DNA of 64,000 bases from an uncultured Actinomycetes bacterium. Its GTDB lineage: Bacteria; Actinomycetota; Thermoleophilia; Gaiellales; JAICJC01. The notes beneath the pieces were generated by a model. That model was not told where the DNA came from. It was given only the letters and a program-made list of their open reading frames with translations, and made no database searches. Below, piece after piece: positions 37,624-45,966 of this stretch. The stretch is from contig CAVWSF010000001.1 of assembly GCA_963757605.1 (NCBI GenBank), positions 537,531-601,530 on the forward strand, given 5' to 3'. The translations under genes and the position numbers were made by a program. Each line of letters starts with the position of its first letter. Position 1 is the first letter of the stretch.

Positions 37624-38633
37624 GCCGGCTCCCTGAGCTTGGGGACGAGCAGCATCACGATCAGGTCGGCAAGCAGGTTCAGGAAGACGTAGACGACCGC
37701 GATCATCATCGCCACCGACTGGACGAGCGTGAGGTCGCGGTTCCCGACCGCCGTCACGAGCGTCGTCCCGATCCCGGGGTAGGCGAAGACGTTCTCGGTG
37801 ATGATGATGCCGCCGATCAGCCACTGGAGGTTCTGGGCCAGGACCTGCACGCTGGGGGCGAGCGCGTTTCGCATCGCGTAGCGCCACAGCACCCACCGCT
37901 CGGCGAGCCCGTTCAGCCGCGCGGTCTGCACGTACTCGGTCTGGAGCACCTCGACCATGCCGGCCCGCACCATCCGGATCCCGGCCGCGAGCGACGCCAG
38001 AAGCAGCGTCGCAACCGGAAGAACAAGCTTCTTCGGGTCGCTGAGCGGGTTGTCTCCGGGCGGGATGAGCGCGACGGGCGGGAGCACGTCGAGCCAGACG
38101 AAGAAGACCCCCACCAGGAGCGACCCGATGACGAACTCGGGCAGCGCGATCGCCGCCAGCGACGCGATCGAGACGGCGTGGTCGATGGCCCGCCCCGCGT
38201 AGACGGCCGCGAGGGCGCCCAGGCCGAGCGAGAGCGGGATCATGAAGAGCGCCGTCACGAGCGCCAGGATCAGGCTGTTCTTGACCTGGTTCGAGATCAG
38301 GTCCCACACGGGGGCGTGCTTCTGCCCCTGCGCGAGCCCGACCGACGAGTCGCCGAGGTCGCCGTGGACGAAGCCGCCGAGCCAGCTCGTGTACTGCTCG
38401 AGGAGCGGGCGGTCGAGGTGCATCCGCTCGTCGAGGGTGTGCACGGCCTGCGGCGTGGCGCCGCGGCCGAGGACGACGCTCGCCGCGTCGCCGGGCAGCA
38501 CCGCCGTCCCGACGAAGATCAGCACCGACGCCACGAAGAGCGCGAGCACGGCGCCGATGAGCCGCCGCCCGAGGAACACGAGCACGGGCGAGGCCTCGCG
38601 GGACGCCCGCCGAGGCTCCGCCACCGCTGTCAT
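37620..38633 (-). CDS. ABC transporter permease (DppB/OppB type)
   Basis: 337 aa with 6 TM helices and an EAA-like loop (YVQTARLNGLAERWVLWRYAMRNA). Confidence 0.9.
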   Translation of the reverse strand: MTAVAEPRRASREASPVLVFLGRRLIGAVLALFVASVLIFVGTAVLPGDAASVVLGRGATPQAVHTLDERMHLDRPLLEQYTSWLGGFVHGDLGDSSVGLAQGQKHAPVWDLISNQVKNSLILALVTALFMIPLSLGLGALAAVYAGRAIDHAVSIASLAAIALPEFVIGSLLVGVFFVWLDVLPPVALIPPGDNPLSDPKKLVLPVATLLLASLAAGIRMVRAGMVEVLQTEYVQTARLNGLAERWVLWRYAMRNALAPSVQVLAQNLQWLIGGIIITENVFAYPGIGTTLVTAVGNRDLTLVQSVAMMIAVVYVFLNLLADLIVMLLVPKLREPA

Positions 38634-38643
38634 CGAGCCCGTC

Positions 38644-40272
38644 TTACGCCGTGAGCCACGCGTTCATGAAGAGGTAGTTGCCGAGCACTCCGCCGGGGTG
38701 CGGCGCGAGCCCCTTCAGCTTGGTCGACACGCCGTCGACCCAGTCCGCGTTCGTCCAGTTCAGGTAGCCGCCCTGGTCCCACTGGATCTGCTGGACCTGG
38801 TTCCAGGTGTCCTGCGCTGCCGTGGGGTCGGTCGTGCCGATCGCCTTGAACAGAAGGTCGTTCCAGCTCTTGTCCTTCCAGTGCGTCTCGTTGTACGGCG
38901 CCTGGGCGGAGAGCGACTGGAGGTAGAAGAACTTGAGCGACGGGATGGGCCACTGCGTCTCGGCGAACGCCATCTTCAGGTAGAGCAGCGACGGGTTGTA
39001 GTACGAGTTGGGCGGCACCTGCTTGAGCTGGATCGTGACGCCCGCCGCCTTGGCCTGCTGCGCGAGCAGCGTAGCCGCCTCGACGAAGCCGGGGAAGATC
39101 GGCGACGTGCGCAGGAGCACCGTCAGGTTCTCCTGGCCGGCCTTCTTCAGGAGGCTCTTGGCCTGGTCGATGTCCTGCTCGCGCTGCGGCAGGCCGGTGT
39201 TGTAGAACGGCAGGCCCTTGCCGAAGATGTCGTTGCCGACCGTTCCGAACCCGTTGATCGCGCTGTCGACGAGCGCCTTGCGGTCGGCGATGAGCCGGAT
39301 CGCCTGGCGCACGTTCACGTCGGTGAACGGCGCCTGCGTGGTGTCCATGTAGAACATCATGGCCTGGGGCGAGGGCGCGATCAGCACCGTGATGTCGCCG
39401 GTCGTCTGGTGGGCCTTGGCCTGGGCGGTCGGGAGCTGCGCCATCGCGTCGATGTCGCCGTTCAGGAGCGCGTTCAGGCGGGCGGTGTTGTCGTCGATCG
39501 ACTGGATCGTGAGCGCGTCGACGTACGGCTTGCCGGTGATCCAGTAGTTGGGGTTCTTCTTGAACGAGCTCTGCTCGCCGGGCTTGAACGAGTCGAACAT
39601 GAAGGGGCCGGTACCGACCGGCTTCGTGAAGTCGGTCTCGCCGTCCTGGACGATCCACGTGTTCCAGTAGACGAAGTTGGCGCCCAGGTCGGCATCCGGG
39701 AACTTGAGCGGGATGCGGACCGTGGTCGGGCTCAGGGCCTTCAGCCCGTTCAGGTCGATGCCGGCCACGAACGGCACCGACGCGAAGTTGGCGGGCTTGG
39801 ACATGAGCCGGATCGAGTAGATGAGGTCCTCGGCGCCGAAGGTCTTGCCGTTGTGGAACTCGACTCCCGGCCGCAACTTGACCTCGTACTCGGTCGCGTC
39901 GGCGTTGGCGTTCATCTCGAGCGCGAGGCCGGGGCTCGTGGTCAGGTCGGGGTTCTGCACGAAGAGCGGATCGAAGAGGTTCTGCACCCGCGACTCGTCG
40001 ATCGGGGTCACGCCGGCGTACGGGTTCAGCGTCTCGGCCGTGCCGCCGCCGACGAACCCGGCGCGGATCGTGCCGCCCCGGACGGGCTTGCCGCCGCCGG
40101 TCGAGGCGGCGCCGCCGGAGCCGCCTCCGCCGCTCCCGCCGCATGCGGCGGCCAGGAGCGGGGACATCCCGACCATCGCGCCGGCCGCTCCACGCAGGAG
40201 CGTCCCGCGCGAGAGGCGGAAGCCTTCAGTCTCGGTGCCCGAGGGCGCGTGTGGGTGGTTCGGGTCGGTCAC
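38644..40272 (-). CDS. ABC transporter substrate-binding lipoprotein, family 5 (peptide/nickel type)
   Basis: 542 aa. Signal peptide with lipobox LLAAAC followed by a Gly/Ser linker. Family-5 SBP body. Confidence 0.9.
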   Translation of the reverse strand: MTDPNHPHAPSGTETEGFRLSRGTLLRGAAGAMVGMSPLLAAACGGSGGGGSGGAASTGGGKPVRGGTIRAGFVGGGTAETLNPYAGVTPIDESRVQNLFDPLFVQNPDLTTSPGLALEMNANADATEYEVKLRPGVEFHNGKTFGAEDLIYSIRLMSKPANFASVPFVAGIDLNGLKALSPTTVRIPLKFPDADLGANFVYWNTWIVQDGETDFTKPVGTGPFMFDSFKPGEQSSFKKNPNYWITGKPYVDALTIQSIDDNTARLNALLNGDIDAMAQLPTAQAKAHQTTGDITVLIAPSPQAMMFYMDTTQAPFTDVNVRQAIRLIADRKALVDSAINGFGTVGNDIFGKGLPFYNTGLPQREQDIDQAKSLLKKAGQENLTVLLRTSPIFPGFVEAATLLAQQAKAAGVTIQLKQVPPNSYYNPSLLYLKMAFAETQWPIPSLKFFYLQSLSAQAPYNETHWKDKSWNDLLFKAIGTTDPTAAQDTWNQVQQIQWDQGGYLNWTNADWVDGVSTKLKGLAPHPGGVLGNYLFMNAWLTA

Positions 40273-40484
40273 CGTCTCCTCCAGATCGGGGCTCCAGGCG
40301 GGTCGCAGCGCTCACTCTCGCATACGCGGACGACGAGGTGAAGTGGCGCAGGCGACACATGGTCGCGCGCTCGAATGGCCGTCTCTGCGACGCGAATTGG
40401 CTACAGATGCGGGAGTGCCGCTCGGCCAAGGGGGCGGTATGCTATCAGACCAATCTGACGCCGACAGAGAAGGGACAGGTCACC

Positions 40485-41354
40485 GTGGAAGGAACGCTGC
40501 TCGCCTCGAAGCTCGGGTTTCCCGAAGGCCCCGTCGTCATGCCGGACGGCTCGATCGTCATCTGCGACGGGAACACCGGCGAACTGCTGCGCTGGGACGG
40601 CTCGTCGATGTCGACGTTCTCGGACATGGGCGGCTCGCCCTGGGGCGCGGTGCTCGGGTCGGACGGGGCCGTCTACGTCACCCAGGGCGGGAACGTCCCC
40701 GGGAGCCCCGACCAGAGCGCGGTGGCGGGCATCCAGCGCGTGACCGCCGACGGGTCCGTGGAGACGCTCTCGACGGAGATCGGAGGGCACGCGCTCGCGG
40801 GCCCCAACGACCTCGCGTTCGGCCCGGACGGCCGGCTGTGGTTCACGGACTCCGGCACCGAGCAGGACGACCGCTTCGCCGCCGAGGACCGCGCGCCCGG
40901 CCGGCTCTTCGTGCTCGGCTCCGGCGGCGCCGGGGAGCTCCTGATGGAGCGTCCGGACGTCTACCCGAACGGGATCGCGTTCGACGCCCAGGGCCGGCTC
41001 TACTGGACGGAGTCGGCCGCGCACCGCGTCTGCCGGCTCGACGACGGCGAGGCGACGACGTTCTGCCAGCTCTCCGACGGCCACGTCCCCGACGGCATGG
41101 CGTTCGCCGCCGACGGCCGTGCGTTCGTGTGCACCACCATCTCGGGCGGCGTCACGGTGCTGTCCGCCGAGGGCGGGGTGCTCGAGGAGATCTCGCTCGG
41201 CGAGCACGCGACCAACTGCATCTTCGACGGCCCGACGCTCTACGTCACCGCAACGAAGGTGGCCGAGATCCACGCCGACCAGCGCACCGGCACGTTCTGG
41301 AGCGTCGCGACCGACGCGACCGGGCCGCTGCCGCTCCTGCCCGGCAGGCTGTAG
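40485..41354 (+). CDS. SMP-30/gluconolactonase/LRE-like beta-propeller protein
   Basis: Blocks PEGPV, GPNDLAFGPDGRLWFTD, YPNGIAF and PDGMAF. The start is uncertain (GTG 40485 or ATG 40407). Confidence 0.7.
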   Translation: MEGTLLASKLGFPEGPVVMPDGSIVICDGNTGELLRWDGSSMSTFSDMGGSPWGAVLGSDGAVYVTQGGNVPGSPDQSAVAGIQRVTADGSVETLSTEIGGHALAGPNDLAFGPDGRLWFTDSGTEQDDRFAAEDRAPGRLFVLGSGGAGELLMERPDVYPNGIAFDAQGRLYWTESAAHRVCRLDDGEATTFCQLSDGHVPDGMAFAADGRAFVCTTISGGVTVLSAEGGVLEEISLGEHATNCIFDGPTLYVTATKVAEIHADQRTGTFWSVATDATGPLPLLPGRL

Positions 41355-41357
41355 AGC

Positions 41358-41385
41358 GACCCCGAAACCCCGGGGTCTGACCCCG
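41358..41385. terminator. GC-rich hairpin(s) between convergent genes
   Basis: GACCCCG-AAACCC-CGGGGTC (41358-41377), or alternatively CGGGGT-CTG-ACCCCG (41371-41385). No U-tract. The same 15-mer recurs at 53406-53420. Confidence 0.4.
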
Positions 41386-41386
41386 C

Positions 41387-42382
41387 CTACCCGCCGGCGA
41401 CGGCGATGCGCTCGCCGGTCGCGACCGAGCGCTCGGCGGCGAGCGCGACGCGAAGGGTGCCGAGCGCGTCCTGCGGCGAGCAGGCGACGGCAGACTGACC
41501 GCCGCCCGAGACGGCCGCCAGGAAGCGGGCGATCGACGCGCGGCGCGGTTCGGCGGCGCCGGCGACCTCGAGGTCCGCCCCGCGCGAGCGGCCGTGGATC
41601 GATCCCGCGCCGGCGAGGTCGAGCCGCAGCGCGACGTCCGCCGCCATCACGTCGAGCGAGTACACGGGCGGATCCTGCGCGTCCGTCCAGCCGAGCGCCA
41701 CGATGCCGATCCCGCCGCCCGCGAAGCGCATGACGACTGCGACCGTGTCATCCAGGTCGGGCGCACCAGCGGCCGCCGTCGCGAGAAGGCCGCCGGCCGC
41801 CGACGCCTGCACCTCGACGACCGAGCCGGCGACGGCCCGCTGGAGGTCGACGTCGTGGCTTGCGAGCTCGAAGAGGACGCCGCCGCTCGCGCGCGCATCC
41901 TCGAACCAGCTGCTCGTCCGGCCGCGCTGCGCCGGCCCGATCCCGCGGCTCACGACGAGGCCCGGCGGATCGCCGCCCAGCTCTGCCCGGACGCGCTCGA
42001 GCACGTCGAGGCTCCTCCACTGGTAGCCGACCGCGCACACGACACCGCTCTCCCGCCACGCGTCGACGATCGCTTCGCCGTCGGCCGCCGTCCTCGCGAG
42101 CGGCTTCTCGAGGTAGACCGGGAGGCCGCGGTCGAACACCGGTTTCGCCGCCGCCAGGTGCGTGCCGGGCGGCGTGCACACGAAGACCGCGTCGAGCTCC
42201 TCGGATGCGAGCATCGCGCCCGGATCGCCGTACGCCGTCGCGCCGCCTGCGGCGGCCGCCGTCTCCTCGGCGACGGCGCGGCTCAGGTCGCAGACGGCGG
42301 CCACGCTCACGTCGGGGAGATCCGCCAGGATGCCCAGGTGGCTGCGCGCGATGGCGCCGGCGCCGACGAAGCCGATCCTCAT
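41387..42382 (-). CDS. Gfo/Idh/MocA family oxidoreductase
   Basis: 331 aa. N-terminal Rossmann segment MRIGFVGAGAIA and an EKP block (YLEKPLA). Confidence 0.85.
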   Translation of the reverse strand: MRIGFVGAGAIARSHLGILADLPDVSVAAVCDLSRAVAEETAAAAGGATAYGDPGAMLASEELDAVFVCTPPGTHLAAAKPVFDRGLPVYLEKPLARTAADGEAIVDAWRESGVVCAVGYQWRSLDVLERVRAELGGDPPGLVVSRGIGPAQRGRTSSWFEDARASGGVLFELASHDVDLQRAVAGSVVEVQASAAGGLLATAAAGAPDLDDTVAVVMRFAGGGIGIVALGWTDAQDPPVYSLDVMAADVALRLDLAGAGSIHGRSRGADLEVAGAAEPRRASIARFLAAVSGGGQSAVACSPQDALGTLRVALAAERSVATGERIAVAGG

Positions 42383-42780
42383 CCCCCGCCCTCCGTCCGG
42401 ACGAGGAACTGGTACTGCACCCCGCCGCTGGTCTCGCCGTCGGTCCAGATCATCCGCGCCGTCCCCGACGGGAAGGGCGGCCAGGAGACGGCGACGCCGC
42501 GGGCCTCGAGCAGCTCGCGCACCTCGTTCAGGTCGTCGACCTCGAACGCGATGTGCTCGATGCGCGCCTGCTCACCCTCCGGCAGCCGGCGCGCGCGGGC
42601 ATCGGCGTCGCGCACCTCGATCAGCTCGACGCTCGCATCCCCGCACGGGTAGTAGCGGGCGAAGCTCTCGTCGTTCTCGTTGGTGCGCCCCAGCGAGAGG
42701 CCGAGCACCTCGAGCTGGTCGACGTGAGCGGCCAGATCGGCCACGACCACGCCCACGTGGTCGATCCGGCGGAGCCTCAC
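42379..42780 (-). CDS. VOC/glyoxalase-family protein (methylmalonyl-CoA-epimerase-like)
   Basis: 133 aa with IDHVGVVV and IEHIAFEV metal-ligand blocks. Confidence 0.75.
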   Translation of the reverse strand: MRLRRIDHVGVVVADLAAHVDQLEVLGLSLGRTNENDESFARYYPCGDASVELIEVRDADARARRLPEGEQARIEHIAFEVDDLNEVRELLEARGVAVSWPPFPSGTARMIWTDGETSGGVQYQFLVRTEGGG

Positions 42781-43742
42781 GCCGGCATCTCGAGCAGCAC
42801 CTTGCCGAGCTTGCCCGGCGCGCGGACGTGGTCGAGCGCGTCGGCGGCCTCGTCGAGCGGGAACACGCGGTCGACGAGCGCCGTGGCCCGCCCCGATGCG
42901 AGCAGCGGCACCACCCGGCGCCCGAACTCCTGCACGAGCGCGGCCTTCTCGTCCGGCGGGCGCGACCGCAGCGTCGTCCCGAGGATCCGGGCCCGGCGGC
43001 TCATCAGGTCGCGCAGGACGAGGGTGGCTTCGTCGCCCGGCTTCCCGGCCACCACCACGAGCCGGCCGCCGCGGGCCAGCGACTCGATGTTGCCCGCCAT
43101 GTGCACCGCTCCGACGAGCTCGAGGATGACGTCGGCGCCGCCCAGCTCGCGGACGCGGGCGAACGCCTCGTCGGCCGCCGTCACCTCCGCTCCCAGCTCG
43201 GCCACGCGCGGGCGCAGCTCCTCCGAGCGGACGCTCGCCACGACCCGCGCTCCCATCGCTGCGCCGATCTGCACGGCCGCCGTCCCCACCCCGCCGTTGC
43301 CGCCGTTCACGAGCAGCACGTCGCCCCCTGCCAGGCCGGCCTGCTCGATCGCGTCGAAGGCCGTCAGGAACGCCTGGGGAGCCGCGGCCGCCGCGCGCGC
43401 GTCGAGCGCATCAGGCACCTTCACGAGCTCGCGCTCGGAGGCCAGCACCCGCTCGGCCATCCCGCCGCCGCCGACGAGCCCGAACACGCGGTCGCCCACG
43501 GCGAGCGAGGTGACGCCGACGCCGACGCCCACGACCGGCCCGGCCACCTCGAGGCCGGGAACGTCGGCCGGCCACCCGGGTGGAGGTGGATGCTTGCCCT
43601 CGCGCTGGAGCACGTCGGCCGGGTTCACGCCGGCGAACGCCGGCGCGATCACGACCTCGAACCGGCCCGCCTCCGGCTCCGAGCGCTCGTCGATCGCCAC
43701 CATCTCGCGGCCGCCGACGCCGCGGTAGACGACGCACCTCAT
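42777..43742 (-). CDS. NADPH:quinone-oxidoreductase-like MDR protein
   Basis: 321 aa with blocks GVNPAD, PG.E.AG and VNGGNGGVGTAAVQ. Confidence 0.85.
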   Translation of the reverse strand: MRCVVYRGVGGREMVAIDERSEPEAGRFEVVIAPAFAGVNPADVLQREGKHPPPPGWPADVPGLEVAGPVVGVGVGVTSLAVGDRVFGLVGGGGMAERVLASERELVKVPDALDARAAAAAPQAFLTAFDAIEQAGLAGGDVLLVNGGNGGVGTAAVQIGAAMGARVVASVRSEELRPRVAELGAEVTAADEAFARVRELGGADVILELVGAVHMAGNIESLARGGRLVVVAGKPGDEATLVLRDLMSRRARILGTTLRSRPPDEKAALVQEFGRRVVPLLASGRATALVDRVFPLDEAADALDHVRAPGKLGKVLLEMPA

Positions 43743-44656
43743 GCCGGCGGGTAGGTGTCGAGCCACCAGCGGGCGATGTCCCGCCGCCGCATGAACTTGA
43801 CGCCCGGCTGGGCCGTCGCGTGCTCGAGGAACATCCTGAGCGCCGCCGCCCGGGCGGCCTGGCCGCTCCAGCGGGCGTGCATGGCCACCGTCATCATCGT
43901 GCGGCGCTCCTCGCCCTCGCGCAGCAGCTCGTCGAGGCCCATCACGCACGTGTCGAGGAAGTCGCGCGGGCTCGCGAACCCCGGGTTCATGAGGAAGCGC
44001 GAGTCGTTGTACGTCTTCGAGTACGGGATGACCAGCATCGGCTCGGACTCGACCACCTCGTAGTAGGGCACGTCGTCGGCCGAGCCCTCGGAGTGGTAGA
44101 GGAAGCCGCCGATCTCGCGCAGGAGGCCGCGGGTGTTCTCGCTGGGCCAGCCGCGCGAGTTCCAGCCCTCGGGGCGCGCGCCCAGCACGCGCTCGTAGGT
44201 GTTGATCGCGCGCCGGATCGACGCGCCCTCCTCCTCGCGGCTGAACGTCCACGCCTCGGTCCAGCGCCAGCCGTGCCCGAGCAGGTCGTGGTCGTGCTCG
44301 CGCATCCAGTCCGCGACGGCGGGGTTCAGCTCCAGCGCCACCGCGGCCGCCGACACCGTCACCGGCACGGCGAAGGAGTCGAAGATGCGCGCCAGCCGCC
44401 AGACGCCCGCCCGGCTCCCGTACTCGTAGTGCGACTCGGTTCCGGGGTCGCGCTGCGGCGGCTGGACGCCCGGGTCGGCGTACTCGCCCCAGCCGTCGTT
44501 TCGGTCGTCGCCCCACATGACCGAGTACTCCGAGCCCTCCTCGTAGACGAGGACGAGGTTCACGACGACCCGGGCGCCGTCGGGCCACTCCCAGGCCGGC
44601 GGCGTCCGCCCGTACCCGACGAGGTCGCGGGCCCTGACCGCGTCGGGGATCGTCAT
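43739..44656 (-). CDS. polysaccharide-deacetylase-fold cyclic amidohydrolase (PuuE allantoinase-like)
   Basis: 305 aa. DLVGYGRTPPAWEWPDGARVVVNLVLVYEEGSE and HGWRW blocks resemble PuuE-type enzymes. Confidence 0.7.
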   Translation of the reverse strand: MTIPDAVRARDLVGYGRTPPAWEWPDGARVVVNLVLVYEEGSEYSVMWGDDRNDGWGEYADPGVQPPQRDPGTESHYEYGSRAGVWRLARIFDSFAVPVTVSAAAVALELNPAVADWMREHDHDLLGHGWRWTEAWTFSREEEGASIRRAINTYERVLGARPEGWNSRGWPSENTRGLLREIGGFLYHSEGSADDVPYYEVVESEPMLVIPYSKTYNDSRFLMNPGFASPRDFLDTCVMGLDELLREGEERRTMMTVAMHARWSGQAARAAALRMFLEHATAQPGVKFMRRRDIARWWLDTYPPA

Positions 44657-45285
44657 GCCAGCGGCTCCATCGCCGCGAACGCGGGCCGGGCGGTGACCGT
44701 GTCGCGCAGGAGCGCCACCTTCGGCCACGGGTCGAACGGGAGCGGCATCCTGTACCAGCGCCACAGGACGGGCGCGAAGGCGCAGTCCGCGATCGTGAAC
44801 GTCCCGAGCACGGTGCCGTTGTCGGCCACAAAGCGCTCCATCAGGTCGAGCTTCGGCCTCACGGCGTCGATCGCCGCGGACAGCGCGGGCCGGTCGGCGT
44901 CCTCGGCCCGGCTTCCACCCTCGTCGATCGGCGTCTGCATGAGCGCGAGCAGTTCGGCGGGGAAGAACGTGCCTCGGAACTGGGTGCTCCAGGCGTCGAG
45001 CGCCCAGTCGACCCGCGCCCGCTCGCGCGGGTCCCGCGGATAGAGGTCGGCCCGTCCCTCACGGTCGGCCAGATAGCGCAGCATCGCGTTGGACTCGCCG
45101 AGCTCGAAGTCGCCGTCGCGCAGGAACGGGATCGTCCCGAACGGGTAGATCTCGACGTACCAGTCCGGCCGCGGCCGCGCGAGCGGCACGTGCTCTCGCT
45201 CGTAGTCGAGGCCCAGCTCGGCGAGCAGGAACCGCACCTTCATCGCGTTGCTCGAGGCGGGGTTCGAGTAGAGGACGAGGCTCAT
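44653..45285 (-). CDS. glutathione S-transferase family protein
   Basis: 210 aa. The N-terminal thioredoxin-like part carries S..A.KVR..L.E and TIPFL, and ESNAMLRYL is present. Confidence 0.8.
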   Translation of the reverse strand: MSLVLYSNPASSNAMKVRFLLAELGLDYEREHVPLARPRPDWYVEIYPFGTIPFLRDGDFELGESNAMLRYLADREGRADLYPRDPRERARVDWALDAWSTQFRGTFFPAELLALMQTPIDEGGSRAEDADRPALSAAIDAVRPKLDLMERFVADNGTVLGTFTIADCAFAPVLWRWYRMPLPFDPWPKVALLRDTVTARPAFAAMEPLA

Positions 45286-45716
45286 CCGGACACCACGTCC
45301 GCGGTGACCCGCAGCGCCATGCTGCCGGAGATCGCCTGGCAGACCGGGCACTCGGCCTCGGCATCGGCGATGAGCGTGCGCACGTCGGCCTCGGGCGCCG
45401 GCGACGCGACGCGCGTGTGGAGCTCGGCCTCGGACAGGTGGTGGCCCTCGCCTCCTCCCCACGCGAGCCGCGTCGACACGCGGGTCTCGATCGGGCCGAG
45501 CGGGATCTCGCGCGAGCGGGCCATGCTCGTGAGCGTCGAGGTGAAGCAGTTGGCGAGCGCGGCCGAGAAGAGCTCCTCGGGGTTCGACTTGCCGCCGGGC
45601 CCGCCCAGCTCCGACTGGGTCGCGGTCGCGACCGAGAGAGCGCCCGAGCCGCCCTCGATCTCGCCGAGGTAGCCCTCCCAGCGGAGCGTCGCGGATGCGG
45701 TGAGGGAGTCAGTCAT
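45282..45716 (-). CDS. OsmC/Ohr family peroxiredoxin-like protein
   Basis: 144 aa with blocks NPEELF..AL..C and CP...A. Confidence 0.8.
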   Translation of the reverse strand: MTDSLTASATLRWEGYLGEIEGGSGALSVATATQSELGGPGGKSNPEELFSAALANCFTSTLTSMARSREIPLGPIETRVSTRLAWGGGEGHHLSEAELHTRVASPAPEADVRTLIADAEAECPVCQAISGSMALRVTADVVSG

Positions 45717-45724
45717 GGCGGCGA

Positions 45725-45933
45725 GTCTAGATGGTTGATTCCGAATCGACGTGATGTCCTGGGCGGCGAGAACCGAGCAGCGCAAGGACGCAGGGAGGCG
45801 CAATATCCGGTGATATTGGGCTGACCGAGGACGCCGCGATGCGACGGTTCGCAGCCGCAGCCCCACCACAGCCCGCCGACCCACCACAGTCGAACGTCCA
45901 GGCGCGCGTGGATTCGGAATCAACCATCTAGAC
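45725..45933. repeat. 209-bp element bounded by perfect 23-bp inverted repeats (GTCTAGATGGTTGATTCCGAATC)
   Basis: 45725-45747 is the exact reverse complement of 45911-45933. Each arm contains TCTAGA and GATTC-N-GAATC sub-palindromes. A central AT-rich palindrome CAATATC-CGGT-GATATTG lies at 45801-45818. Confidence 0.85.
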
Positions 45934-45966
45934 GCTCCCGGGCTTCGCGGATCGCCATCCGTTAGA

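Noticed and set aside
34978-38307. 1109-aa ORF on the minus strand
   Set aside because: Only its C-terminal 599 aa (from GTG 36777) is real: the fused ABC ATPase. The upstream 510 aa is an out-of-frame read-through of the two permease genes.
45727-45927. 66-aa ORF inside the 209-bp inverted-repeat element (begins MVDSEST, ends VDSESTI)
   Set aside because: Its symmetry is a by-product of translating the two inverted-repeat arms. It has no SD sequence, no coding-like composition and no motif.
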